A DNA stretch of 64,000 nucleotides from Phycisphaerae bacterium (GTDB lineage Bacteria; Planctomycetota; Phycisphaerae; UBA1845; Fen-1342): NCBI GenBank assembly GCA_963675745.2, contig CAXXWX010000004.1:52964-116963 (forward strand), given 5' to 3'. A program made the translations under genes and the position numbers. The notes under the pieces were generated by a model. That model was not told the origin of the DNA, did not search any database, and saw only the letters and a list, made by a program, of their open reading frames with translations. This document shows, in pieces, positions 49,540 to 59,380 of this stretch. Position 1 is the stretch's first letter. Each line of letters begins with the position of its first letter.

Positions 49540-51882
49540 CTACGGGGCTTCCTGATCAGGCGGCGGAGTTACCTCGTAGACCTTGTCATCGATTACGAAG
49601 ACGACGTGGTCGCCGAGAGCCAGGTAGCGGGCGAACGCCTTGTCCTGTTTGACCAATTCGAAGTACGCGTCACTGAAGGCCTCGACCTTGGTGGTCTCCC
49701 GCTTTCCGTCCCACTCGGTGTCGAGCCAGCGCACGCCGTCAAAGACAAATGTCTTCTTGCCGACGTGGCGGATGATCGACTTGCCATCGGGCGTGCGGAT
49801 GCCGAACTCCTCGGCATCCAGCGTGCCGTCCTTCTTCAGCGTCGCGAGCAACTTGGAGGCCTCGACGGCACCGCGACCGGAGTGCGCTGGCTGCACCGTG
49901 CTCTCGGGCACCATGGGGTCGAACGCGGCGTTCCCATAGGCGGGGGACTGGCCGGCGTCTTCCCGCGCCATACCACCGCCGCCCGCGGCCCGTCGATCTC
50001 TCCCGCCGCCTGCGTAGCCGAGCGACTGCAGGCTGGCAGGCTGGGGTCGGGGAGGACTCACGCGTTCCGCCCACGTTCTTCGCGTGTTGAATATTGGCCT
50101 TCCCGCCGCCAACGCCGTGTCTTCAACGATCAGCGCCGAGGTGTACGGCGTCACAATGCCGTACTTCTTCGCCAGGCGCTTGACCTCGTCAACCAGCTCC
50201 TGGTTCTGCCCGTGCAGGCGAATCTCGTCGAGCAGATAGCCGACCTTGCGCGTGGCCCACAGGCGCGGCAGAAACTCGTTCTCCTCGTTTTTCTTCGGGA
50301 AATCACCTTCATACGTCAGCGTCTGCCCGCGGTCGCTTGCCTGGCCGTCGAGATGGACGGCGTGGTGGCCTTCGCCGTCATAACGCCCGAGCACCACCAC
50401 GTCGGTACCGCGAAACAGGTCGGGCAGGCTCTTTGGATACGCATCTGACACGTTCAGCTCCCCGAAGCGCAGCTTGAGATCGCTGAGCAGTGGATCGGAC
50501 AGGCGCCCCACCAGCGCACTGAGCTTCAACTCCAGATTCTCATTTTCGATGCAATAGTCGCGCGTGCCGCGCGCGTCCTCGGCGAGAGTGTCGAGCAGTT
50601 GCGTGTTCACATCCGTGCCGACGCCCAACACGTGCAGCCGTACATGCCCCTGGTTCCGATCCGCGACGGTCTTCAGAATCCGCCCCGGATCGGTGACCCC
50701 GACCGTCGGTTGGCCGTCGGTCATGAAGACGATCAGATACGGCCGATCGTCATCTTTCGGATCGGCCGCGAGCGCCGACAGCAGCGCCTCGTTGATATTC
50801 GTGCCGCCGACGGCCTGGAGCTTGCTCACAAAATCCAGAGCCGCCTCGCGGATGTCAGCGTCAACCTTGACAAGCCCGTCGCGGAATGGATGTACCTCGG
50901 TGCTGAATGTCAGCAGGTTGAACCGATCGCCCGGGTTCAGGCTGCTGCTGCAGTATTCAAGGGACTTCTTGACCTGCTCGATCTTCCCGCCGGCCATACT
51001 GCCCGACGTATCGATCACGAAGGCGATGTCCTTGGGCAGCACCTTGTCGCTGTCGACTTCGATGCGCGGCGAAAGGCGCAGCATGAAATAGCCGGCTTCG
51101 CCCGCCGCGCGGTGCGTCAGCAGGCACAGGCCGAAGAAGGCGTCTTTGCGCTGGTAGTAAAGCTGGAAATCAGTCTCGGGCCTGACATTGGAACGTTCGT
51201 ACGTGACGGTCGCTTCGTGGTCGCTGGTTTGCTTGATCTCGCACTTGTGCGACGGACAGAAGACGCTCGTCAGCGGCAGGCGGCTGTGAATCTTCGCGTG
51301 AACCAGCAACTCGCCGATGCTCTTACCGTCGGGTAGCTCGATGCGCAGCGGATGGTGGAAGAGCCCCAGCCCGCCGCTCTCGGTCAGCGCGCCGGAGTAG
51401 TCCATCTCGACTTCGACCTCGCCGCGCGGTGGGATCGGGAAAACGCGCGCCTTGTACAGCCGCTGGCCGATGAACTCCAGCAAGCCCGGGTCGCGCATCT
51501 TGCGGACGATCTGCTCATATGTCTTGCTGGCCTGGTCGGCGTCGAGCACCTCGCCGCGCATGGTCTTGCCGCCGACCTTCATGACGAAGTCACCGACGGC
51601 GACGTCGTCCGGCAGCGGAAAGACGTAGGTGCCCTCGACCTGCTGGTTCAGCGGGTTGACGAAGGTCTGCTTGATGGTGGTGACCGCGACGCCGTCCGTG
51701 ATCTCGGTGTAGACGCGCTGGTACTTGATGTCGAGCGTAACGTCGCGTGACAGGCCCGGCTGGGGGATGGGGCGCATCGGACGGTCGATGTACACGCGTC
51801 CCTGGCCGAGAGCCACGCTCGCGGCCCCCAGGATCAACAGCGTGGCGATAGACCGGCGTGGCGTGGGGAATTCCAGGTTCAT
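49540..51882 (-). CDS. Exported VIT + vWA domain protein (inter-alpha-trypsin-inhibitor-like)
   Basis: QTFVNP..EGTYVFPLP, DPGLLE, FVIDTSGSM (MIDAS), GGTNI, TDGQPT, LWATRKV, IVTPYTS; GAGGAG RBS. Confidence 0.9.
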   Translation of the reverse strand: MNLEFPTPRRSIATLLILGAASVALGQGRVYIDRPMRPIPQPGLSRDVTLDIKYQRVYTEITDGVAVTTIKQTFVNPLNQQVEGTYVFPLPDDVAVGDFVMKVGGKTMRGEVLDADQASKTYEQIVRKMRDPGLLEFIGQRLYKARVFPIPPRGEVEVEMDYSGALTESGGLGLFHHPLRIELPDGKSIGELLVHAKIHSRLPLTSVFCPSHKCEIKQTSDHEATVTYERSNVRPETDFQLYYQRKDAFFGLCLLTHRAAGEAGYFMLRLSPRIEVDSDKVLPKDIAFVIDTSGSMAGGKIEQVKKSLEYCSSSLNPGDRFNLLTFSTEVHPFRDGLVKVDADIREAALDFVSKLQAVGGTNINEALLSALAADPKDDDRPYLIVFMTDGQPTVGVTDPGRILKTVADRNQGHVRLHVLGVGTDVNTQLLDTLAEDARGTRDYCIENENLELKLSALVGRLSDPLLSDLKLRFGELNVSDAYPKSLPDLFRGTDVVVLGRYDGEGHHAVHLDGQASDRGQTLTYEGDFPKKNEENEFLPRLWATRKVGYLLDEIRLHGQNQELVDEVKRLAKKYGIVTPYTSALIVEDTALAAGRPIFNTRRTWAERVSPPRPQPASLQSLGYAGGGRDRRAAGGGGMAREDAGQSPAYGNAAFDPMVPESTVQPAHSGRGAVEASKLLATLKKDGTLDAEEFGIRTPDGKSIIRHVGKKTFVFDGVRWLDTEWDGKRETTKVEAFSDAYFELVKQDKAFARYLALGDHVVFVIDDKVYEVTPPPDQEAP

Positions 51883-52231
51883 CGCGGCACTCCTCTTTGT
51901 TTGAGACTTCAGGGCTCCGATTTCGCGAGCCCACAGCCCGTCATCGGCGGCGACCTGTATGTATTCTGACGCGTTTTCCCCGCCGTGGTTCCCTGAGCAT
52001 CGCAAATTGGCGCGTACGGCCCCAACCAGGGCCGGCTCCCGCCTTGATTCGACGCCGCGATAGCCTTACGCTGGATATGTGGGCCTGCTGGACCGTTGTG
52101 TGCACCGGCGTCCACATCCGGGGGTGCGTGACGACCCATATTGCAGCCATGGCTTGTTCGCAACCGCATCCCGACGCTGACGTCGCCGCCGCTGGTGCGC
52201 GTTTATCCCGTTGAGATCACTGGAGTAATCG

Positions 52232-53464
52232 ATGAACCCTTGTGAAGATTGGTCTCCCGAGACAATGGCCGTTCATGCCGGTATTGAGCAGAGTGAGTTT
52301 CGCCCGGCGGTTCCACCAATCTATCAAACATCGACCTTCGGCTTCGCCAGCGCCGAGCACGGCGCGTTGCTCTTCGCGGGCGAAGGCAAGGGATACATCT
52401 ACACGCGCATGGGAAACCCCACGGTCGCGGCGCTCGAACGGGCGGTCGCCGCGCTGGAAGGTGGCGCATCAGCACTGGCCTGCGGCAGCGGGATGGCGGC
52501 GGTTCACACGGCTCTGGCCGGCCTGCTCAAGCAGGGCGATCATGTCGTGTGCAGCGAAGCGGTATACGGGCCCACCTGTACGCTGATCGGCTCGATCCTC
52601 TCAGAGTTCGGCATCGAATCGACCATGGTCGATACGTCGAATATCGACGAGACCAAAGCTGCGATGCGGCCGAATACGCGCGTCGTGTTTGTCGAGACGC
52701 CGGGGAACCCGACGCTTGTACTGGCGGACCTCACGCAGGTCTGCGAAATGGCCCATGCTCACGGCGCGTTGGTCGTTGTGGACAACACATTCATGAGCCC
52801 GATTCTTCAAAAGCCGTTGAGCCTCGGCGCGGACGTGGTTATTCACAGCATGACCAAGTTCCTCAACGGTCACGCCGACGTCGTCGCCGGCGTGATCGTT
52901 GTAAAGGATGAAGGCCTCTTTCCGAAAATGCGCCGCGCACTGCACCATTTCGGCGGCGTGCTCTCACCGCTGGAGTCGTTCCTGGTACATCGCGGCCTCA
53001 AGACGCTTCCATTGCGCATGAAGCGCCATTGCGAAAGCGCGCTGAAGATCGCCGCGCATCTCGAAAAGCACCCGCGCATTGAGTGGGTGCGTTACCCCTG
53101 GCTCGACAGTCACCCGCAGTGCGAGCTGGCCCGCAGGCAGATGGCCGGCGGTGGGGCGGTGCTGACCTTCTGTTTGAAGGACGGCATCGACGCCGGACGC
53201 GCCATGATGAACGCCGTCAAGCTCTGCATGCTCGCCGTTAGCCTCGGCGGGGTCGAATCGCTCATCGAACATCCGGCGAGCATGACGCACGCCTCGATGG
53301 GGGCCGAAGCGCGCAAGCAGGCGCACATCGACGACGGCCTGGTGCGCATCTCGGTCGGCATCGAAGATCCCAAGGACATCATCGCCGACCTGGAGCAGGC
53401 GCTCGAAGCCTCGACGGGCAGATCCAAGCGCACCCGGCAGGTGCCGGAAGCCGCCGTCGGCTAG
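52232..53464 (+). CDS. Cys/Met-metabolism PLP enzyme (methionine gamma-lyase / cystathionine lyase family)
   Basis: PIYQTSTF, YTRMGNPT, SGMAA, ETPGNP, VDNTF, HSMTKFLNGH, AVSLGGVESL, RISVGIED. Confidence 0.92.
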   Translation: MNPCEDWSPETMAVHAGIEQSEFRPAVPPIYQTSTFGFASAEHGALLFAGEGKGYIYTRMGNPTVAALERAVAALEGGASALACGSGMAAVHTALAGLLKQGDHVVCSEAVYGPTCTLIGSILSEFGIESTMVDTSNIDETKAAMRPNTRVVFVETPGNPTLVLADLTQVCEMAHAHGALVVVDNTFMSPILQKPLSLGADVVIHSMTKFLNGHADVVAGVIVVKDEGLFPKMRRALHHFGGVLSPLESFLVHRGLKTLPLRMKRHCESALKIAAHLEKHPRIEWVRYPWLDSHPQCELARRQMAGGGAVLTFCLKDGIDAGRAMMNAVKLCMLAVSLGGVESLIEHPASMTHASMGAEARKQAHIDDGLVRISVGIEDPKDIIADLEQALEASTGRSKRTRQVPEAAVG

Positions 53465-53492
53465 AGCAGTCCGTAGCGGACGCCCGCGGCGA

Positions 53493-55736
53493 TTATTTCA
53501 TGACGTCAATCGCCGTCGGCGTTTCAAAATCGCGGCGCAGCACGACCTGCGAGTGGTAGCCGGGTTCGGGGGCCGCCGGCTGCGCAGTTGTCTCGAACAC
53601 CAGCAGGCTGTTGCCATAGAAGAGCAGCAGGTCCGAACGGCCCAGCGCCGTCTCGCTGTTGCCGGTGTAGACGGTGATCCCGCCGCCGGCCACATCCGGA
53701 TGATGAACGGTGCAAAGCACGGACTGCTCGGCGTCGTCGTAGGCTTCACCTTCGATGCGAAAGCCGCCGTCAAACCAGGTCACCGGGCAGTCGGTACGCC
53801 GCAACAGCGCGCTGACGGCCGGATCGCGCACCGCGTCGCCCAGTATCAGTATCGCCCCGGACTCCAGGTCTGACGGTGTGAGCTGGTCGACGGTGCGGCG
53901 CGTTACGTCTTTCGAGTCGCCGCGACCGCTGAAGCGACTGATGACGGTTTCGTAGAACGGTGAGAGCTGCTCGCTCGCCGTGACAACCAGCAGCTTCGTG
54001 CCGGCGGTCGTGAGCCGCGCGGTCGGCAGCATCTCGCCGGGGCGCAGCCGGCGAAAAACGTCATAGTCCGGGTCGAGTTCAACCGAAGTGGGCGGCGCGT
54101 CAACCACCACCTGCACCGTCGTCACGGGTTGATCCACAGCCGCGATGATGTCGCGCGGCGGACCAAGTTCGTACAGGAGCCGCAACGGGACGCGCAGATC
54201 AAATGCCGGTCGGCCCTGGTCGACGGTGATGGACAGAGTGTGCGATTCCTCATCCCATTGCGCCTGCTCAAGCGTCAGGAACGGGGCGCCGCCCTGTCGC
54301 ACCCACTGCTGGAAGAAGCGCGTCAGATCCGCTCCGCTCTGCGTCTCAAAGAGTCGCTGAAACGTCTGCCAACTCGCGTACTTGCCCGTGTAACCGTCGG
54401 TCAGCCGCCGCAGGGCCGCCCAGAAATTCTCCTGGCCGACTCGCCGCGCGAGCATGTGAAAGACCACGGCGCCCTTGTTGTAACCGATAGTCCGGCCCGC
54501 GCCGTCCTCGTCGCCGAACGTGTCCAGCGGCAGGTCTTCGTCCGGCTTCAATTGGGTGAACGCATTACAGGCGTTTCGGCGGTATTTCCGCGCGCCGGCC
54601 GCGTCACCGTCCAGGATGTAGCCGTAGTGATTGGCCGCATAGCTGGTCAGCGCCTCGCACCAGTTTCCGTCGGTCGGATCCACGTAGATGCTGTTGCCCC
54701 AATAGGCGTGGAGCATCTCGTGATCGAGGTAGCCGTGCATCAGGGCGCGCGGTCCCATTTGCAGCAATCTGGGCGAAAGCAGTGTGAAGTGCGGGAACGC
54801 GAACCCCGAGCTGAAGAAGTTCTCGACGATGGTGAATTCGTCAAACGGGAATGGTCCGATCAACGGCTGGTAGCGCTGGACGTACTTGGCCGCCGCATCG
54901 AGAAACAGCTCTGCGTTGCGTTCCATTGCCTGATCTGGCGGGCCGGCGGACGGCTGCGCGTAGTGCAGGGCCAGGCTGACTCCGCCGGCGTTGCGGCGTT
55001 TGATCACGTGCGGTCCGCCGACAAGCGTCAGCCCGTCGAGCGGATACTTGCTCACCCAGGTCAGGTCGCCCGTTTTCGCCGACTCCTCCTTGTCGAATTC
55101 CGCACCGGCCACCAACTCCATACCGCTGACCGGTTCGACGGTCAGGCGATAGCGGGCCAGTTCGTCAACGTTGCCACCTGCTGTGCTGGTCTGGAGTGTT
55201 GGATACCAGCATCCGCCGCCGGCGAGGTAGACGCCCTTGGTGCCGATGTGCGCGTTCATCTCGAAGTTGTGAATCTGGCCGGGGCGCTCGCCGGCCTGAA
55301 CGTCCTGAACGAGCGTGCCATGATACTCAATCAGCAGCGTGAACTCGTTGGCGACTTCGCCCAGCGTGACGTGGTGTACGGAGGCCAACTCACCTTCCTT
55401 GGCGGCCGTGGTACGCGTGCCCCAATCGCTGACGCGCGCGTTTGTTCCCGAGACGCGCGTGATCGCCAGGTCGCGCTGCAGACCGAGGGCCACTTCAAGC
55501 GTGTCCGCGGGCGGGGTGGCCGGTTCGTCGCGGGACAGCGTCAATGCCGCGACCCCCGTAAGCTCGTGCGTCGCCGGTTGCAGGCTGACGTGGATGTCGT
55601 ATTGAAGCGTGCGCAGGCGCATCGGCGCGGGAGCGGATGTCACACAGCCACTCGCCGCCAGCACGACTCCACCGTAGGCAAGCAGGGTCAGTATTTGTCG
55701 CGTCGTACGGACATGACGTGCATACCTGTCAGTCAT
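53493..55736 (-). CDS. M1-family zinc aminopeptidase-like lipoprotein
   Basis: Lipobox ASGC; HEMLHAYWGN...WCEALT (HExxH..E); YNKGAVVFHML; true start 55736 with GGAG RBS. Confidence 0.88.
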   Translation of the reverse strand: MTDRYARHVRTTRQILTLLAYGGVVLAASGCVTSAPAPMRLRTLQYDIHVSLQPATHELTGVAALTLSRDEPATPPADTLEVALGLQRDLAITRVSGTNARVSDWGTRTTAAKEGELASVHHVTLGEVANEFTLLIEYHGTLVQDVQAGERPGQIHNFEMNAHIGTKGVYLAGGGCWYPTLQTSTAGGNVDELARYRLTVEPVSGMELVAGAEFDKEESAKTGDLTWVSKYPLDGLTLVGGPHVIKRRNAGGVSLALHYAQPSAGPPDQAMERNAELFLDAAAKYVQRYQPLIGPFPFDEFTIVENFFSSGFAFPHFTLLSPRLLQMGPRALMHGYLDHEMLHAYWGNSIYVDPTDGNWCEALTSYAANHYGYILDGDAAGARKYRRNACNAFTQLKPDEDLPLDTFGDEDGAGRTIGYNKGAVVFHMLARRVGQENFWAALRRLTDGYTGKYASWQTFQRLFETQSGADLTRFFQQWVRQGGAPFLTLEQAQWDEESHTLSITVDQGRPAFDLRVPLRLLYELGPPRDIIAAVDQPVTTVQVVVDAPPTSVELDPDYDVFRRLRPGEMLPTARLTTAGTKLLVVTASEQLSPFYETVISRFSGRGDSKDVTRRTVDQLTPSDLESGAILILGDAVRDPAVSALLRRTDCPVTWFDGGFRIEGEAYDDAEQSVLCTVHHPDVAGGGITVYTGNSETALGRSDLLLFYGNSLLVFETTAQPAAPEPGYHSQVVLRRDFETPTAIDVMK

Positions 55737-55938
55737 ATCTGTCTCCAATAATGGTGGCTCGGAAAGCGAGAGCTTAGCGGGCCGCGGTGGCGCGGTACAG
55801 GCCGCCGACCGCCGATCGTCGCGCCGCGGAGGAACACGCGCACTCTCGCCTGATCGGTCTTGGTGCCGACGCATACGCCGCCCGGTGCCGCTGCCCGTCC
55901 CATGGCCGACGCCGGTGCCCATCCCGTGGCCGACGCCC

Positions 55939-56140
55939 CGCCCCGAAGGGGCCGCGGCGTTTTGCCACGGGTGCAGCGCAGCGGAACCCGTGGATGCGAT
56001 TGTTTCCCGATCACTCACCGCCCCGGTAGGGGCGACGGCCTCCCTCGCCCCTTCAGGGCGGAACCACTGTCGAGCCGGCATCCTCCCCACGGGTCCGCTG
56101 CGCTGCACCCGTGGCCATGCGCCAGCGCCCCTGCGGGGCG
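55939..56140. repeat. Composite palindromic element (REP/PATE-like)
   Basis: CGCCCCGAAGGGGC ... GCCCCTGCGGGGCG termini; long inner IR GCCACGGGTGCAGCGCAGCGG(A)ACCCGTGG and its reverse complement. Confidence 0.75.
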
Positions 56141-56399
56141 GAGGGCCGACATTGTCATTGGTTGACTCGTCGGTGTCTTGGCTGCCGGTAGCCGCAATAT
56201 CCAGGTGTTCATGCTGTATTGACGTCGGATGCGCACATACATCGGTAATGCCTGCCGGGGCTCGCGGGCGAACACGCCGGGGCGGTGGTGCATCCGATGA
56301 TAACATCCGCCGGATTGCGTAATCGATGGACCGGGCCATGTGCCGTATACTGTTTACAGGACCGAAACCGCACACATCCGGCCGGCACTGGAGTTCGTT

Positions 56400-57509
56400 A
56401 TGAGCCTGTGGAAGAAAATCAAAGGCGAGCTGATCGACATCATCGAGTGGCTTGATCAGTCGCGCGACACGATGGTCTATCGCTTCGAGCGCTACGGCAA
56501 TGAGATCAAGCATGGGGCCAAGCTGGTGGTTCGCGAGGGGCAGGCCGCCGTCTTCGTCAACGAGGGACAGCTCGCTGATGTATTTCTGCCCGGCACGTAC
56601 ACGCTCGAAACGAAGAACCTGCCGATCCTGGCGACGCTGCTCGGCTGGAAATACGGGTTCGAAAGCCCGTTCAAGGCCGAAGTGTACTTCGTCAACACGC
56701 GGCGATTCACCGATCTCAAGTGGGGCACCAAGAACGCGATCATGCTCCGCGACAAGGAGTTCGGCCCCATGCGCCTGCGCGCCTTCGGCACCTATGTCGT
56801 GCGTGTGCAGGACCCGTCGGCGTTTATCCGCGAGATCGTCGGCACCGACGCGCACTTCTCGCTCGAGGAGATCACCGACCAGCTCCGTAACATGATCGTC
56901 TCGCGTTTCGCCGACATTCTCGGCGAGAGCGGCATCCCCGTGCTCGACATGGCGGCCAACTATGACGAGCTGGGTGAGTTCATCACGCAACGCATCCAGG
57001 AGGGGTTCAAGACCTACGGCCTCGAAGTTACCAAGATGCTGGTCGAGAACATTTCGCTGCCCGAGGAGGTCGAAAAGGCGCTCGACAAGCGCACCAGCAT
57101 GGGTGTCATCGGCGACCTGCGCAAGTACACGCAGTTTCAAACCGCCGAGGCCATGCGCGACGCCGCCCAGGCCGAAGGCGGGATGGCAGGGGCCGGCATG
57201 GGCATGGGGATGGGCTTTGCAATGGCGAACCAGATGGGCCAGGCGATGGCCGGCGGTGCGCAGCAACCCGGCGCCGCGGCCCCGCCGCCACTGCCGCAAC
57301 AGGCGGCCACGTACTTCGTCGCCATTAACAACCAGCAGGCGGGTCCGTTCGACATGCCGACGCTGGCGCAATACGTCCAGTCAGGCCAACTCACGCGGGC
57401 GACGCTGGTGTGGAAGCAGGGCATGGCCAACTGGCAGCCGGCCGGCGACGTGCCCGACCTGCAACAACTATTCGGCGCCACCCCGCCACCGCTCCCGCCG
57501 GCGGAGTGA
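56400..57509 (+). CDS. SPFH/Band-7 (YdjI-like) protein with C-terminal GYF_2 domain
   Basis: IDIIEW, LVVREGQAAVFV, SPFKAEVYF, KWGT, RAFG; QAGPF..TLVWKQGMANWQPA..PPPLP. Confidence 0.9.
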   Translation: MSLWKKIKGELIDIIEWLDQSRDTMVYRFERYGNEIKHGAKLVVREGQAAVFVNEGQLADVFLPGTYTLETKNLPILATLLGWKYGFESPFKAEVYFVNTRRFTDLKWGTKNAIMLRDKEFGPMRLRAFGTYVVRVQDPSAFIREIVGTDAHFSLEEITDQLRNMIVSRFADILGESGIPVLDMAANYDELGEFITQRIQEGFKTYGLEVTKMLVENISLPEEVEKALDKRTSMGVIGDLRKYTQFQTAEAMRDAAQAEGGMAGAGMGMGMGFAMANQMGQAMAGGAQQPGAAAPPPLPQQAATYFVAINNQQAGPFDMPTLAQYVQSGQLTRATLVWKQGMANWQPAGDVPDLQQLFGATPPPLPPAE

Positions 57510-57562
57510 GGTCAGAGACTGCGAGGCAAAGCTGGCCTGTGGCGCTGGTCTGGGAGCAGCGT

Positions 57563-57635
57563 GTGTGCCACGGCTCTGCGAGCCGTGTCTTAGCAACGCA
57601 GATTCTCCAAAGCAGCTCACAGAGCCGTGGCACAC
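57563..57635. repeat. REPIN-like inverted pair (GTGTGCCAC family)
   Basis: GTGTGCCACGGCTCTGCGAGCCGTG ... CAGCTCACAGAGCCGTGGCACAC. Confidence 0.7.
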
Positions 57636-57824
57636 GAATGTGGGACTAATTCGGATCACGTGGGACCGGCCTCTGGCCGGTCTGCCCTGGAAAAACGCGG
57701 GCCAGCAACGCGCAAAAATCATCCTGACATTTATTTGCCAACATCATCACAGGAGGCCACTCTTCGCGCAAGCGCTCATAAGCACAGTGTTGGCGCGAAC
57801 TTACGTACTATCTGAATGGCGTTC

Positions 57825-58037
57825 GGGACAGTCACCGATTGCTCATGCATGTTGCAGGACGATTCGGGAATGTATCGGCTTCGGTGGGCCACGCACCCGG
57901 CGGCTATTGGCCTCGGACAGCTTTCTCTGTAAGCTGGAGCGCAAACTCCGCGGGCGACTGCGCCCGCTGCCGATCGGCCGACCGCGGAAGGCGAAGCGAA
58001 AGGGCGCGAAATGAAGATGTAAACCGGTGACTGTCCC
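57825..58037 (+). mobile_element. 213-bp non-autonomous element, copy 1, with 13-bp terminal IRs and remnant Y1/RAYT transposase C-terminus
   Basis: GGGACAGTCACCG ... CGGTGACTGTCCC; encodes ..RRLLASDSFLCKLERKLRGRLRPLPIGRPRKAKRK*. Confidence 0.75.
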
Positions 58038-58047
58038 TATTATGCTG

Positions 58048-58195
58048 TTCTCTGTAAGCTGGAGCGCAAACTCCGCGGGCGACTGCGCCCGCTGCCGATC
58101 GGCCGACCGCGGAAGGCGAAGCGAAAGGGCGCGAAATGAAGATGTAAACCGGTGACTGTCCCTATTATGCTCTATTATGCTGTCCCTATTATGCT
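58048..58195 (+). repeat. Tandem duplication of the element's right 124 bp plus stuttered right ends
   Basis: 58048-58171 equals 57923-58046; further CTATTATGCT and CTGTCCCTATTATGCT copies to 58195. Confidence 0.9.
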
Positions 58196-58201
58196 CGAAG
58201 C

Positions 58202-58840
58202 ATGACATCAATTAGAGAGCGCACCAAGATAATCGCGGCCATCGTGCTCAGCGGCGCGGCCCTTGGCGTTCTTATGCTATTCGCACTGGTCCCCCCCGCG
58301 GAGATCCTATGCCACGTGATAGGCGAAACTGAGTATACACGCAATTACTCATGGTTCGCGTATTGCAAGGTTAGGCAGGGTATGACCCGCGCGGAGCTGA
58401 TTTCAACTTTGGGAGAGCCTTTCTGGGTGCAACGAGGCTGGGAGATCTGGTCATACAACAACCTGAACAGAGAAGAGGTGCGATTCGTTTTAGATCTGGG
58501 AGATGATGTCGACAAGGTTACCATCACCTGCAGCCGCGTCGAGACGCGACGGCCCCCCTCAGACCTTAAGAGCCAGACGCTGCAATCATGCGATGCGAAT
58601 CAGGAGCCTCGATGGCGAACGAAGCGGGACGGTGAACTGGCGGGATATCAGGGGGCAACAGCGGACGAAATCCGGGCTCGTTTTGGAGAGCCCCAGCATG
58701 TGCGCAAGGGACTACAGGACCGCGAGCTGTGGCGCTACTCCAGATCGCCGAGCGGCACCCACTACATTGCGCGAGTCGTGAGAGTGGACCCTGAGACTGA
58801 TAGAGTAATAGCACGGATGAGCTATGTGCACTGGGACTAA
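58202..58840 (+). CDS. Membrane-anchored protein with two SmpA/BamE-like 'GMT..E....LGEP' modules (cargo gene)
   Basis: N-terminal TM; VRQGMTRAELISTLGEP and GATADEIRARFGEP..WRYSRSP; codon usage less GC-biased than core genes. Confidence 0.7.
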   Translation: MTSIRERTKIIAAIVLSGAALGVLMLFALVPPAEILCHVIGETEYTRNYSWFAYCKVRQGMTRAELISTLGEPFWVQRGWEIWSYNNLNREEVRFVLDLGDDVDKVTITCSRVETRRPPSDLKSQTLQSCDANQEPRWRTKRDGELAGYQGATADEIRARFGEPQHVRKGLQDRELWRYSRSPSGTHYIARVVRVDPETDRVIARMSYVHWD

Positions 58841-58875
58841 CGCCAGGCCGCGCACAAGATCAGCGGTGCGATGCG

Positions 58876-59187
58876 TAGGTAACGGGTAGGTAACGAGGAC
58901 AGTCACCTGTTTCTCTAGGTAACGAGGGACAGTCACCTGTTTCTCATGCATATTGCAGAGGTAACGAGGGACAGTCACCGATTGCTCATGCATGTTGCAG
59001 GACGATTCGGGAATGTATCGGCTACGGGGGGCCACGCACCCGGCGGCTATTGGCCTCGGACAGCTTTCTCTGTAAGCTGCAGCGCAGGCTCCGCGGGTGA
59101 TTGCGCCCGCTGCCGATCGACCGACCGCGGAAGGCGAAGCGAAAGGGCGCGAAATGAATGTGTAAACCAGTGACTGTCCCTATTATG
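58876..59187 (+). mobile_element. 213-bp element, copy 2 (58968-59180), preceded by nested left-end stutters
   Basis: About 11 substitutions versus copy 1 by hand count; TAGGTAACG(A)GGGACAGTCACC left ends repeated at 58876, 58887, 58916 and 58959. Confidence 0.78.
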
Positions 59188-59373
59188 TCGACTGCAGAGA
59201 TGAACTGCTATAACGCATCGTGGGGTGAATGCTATGAGAGTGATGCGTGCAGGGACGCCGTCTGTGAGGTGGTCTCATCGGCGGTCTGTCCTATCGCCTG
59301 CCCAGCGGACGCCGTTGTAACATGCAGGACTGCTTTGGCAGGTGTTAGAATAATGTACGACTGCCCAGACTAG
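59185..59373 (+). CDS. Short Cys-rich ORF (possible orphan C-terminal tip of a larger protein)
   Basis: MSTAEMNCYNASWGECYESDACRDAVCEVVSSAVCPIACPADAVVTCRTALAGVRIMYDCPD; starts at the ATG in the element's TATTATG end. Confidence 0.4.
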   Translation: MSTAEMNCYNASWGECYESDACRDAVCEVVSSAVCPIACPADAVVTCRTALAGVRIMYDCPD

Positions 59374-59380
59374 AGCTAGC

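Noticed and set aside
51890..52230. Possible SAM riboswitch upstream of the Met/Cys lyase
   Set aside because: No recognisable SAM-I/II consensus by eye; would need an Rfam scan.
53493..57371. 1292-aa ORF as one protein
   Set aside because: The N-terminal 545 codons are antisense to the SPFH gene and cross a palindromic repeat; the real aminopeptidase starts at 55736 with RBS and lipoprotein signal.
57825..59187. Repeats as a CRISPR array or classical integron attC sites
   Set aside because: Units are 213 bp with terminal IRs, there are no regular spacers, and no cas or intI gene is in the window. A GTAAC/GTTAC-like word occurs at the left ends, but no attC R''/R' box pairing could be established.
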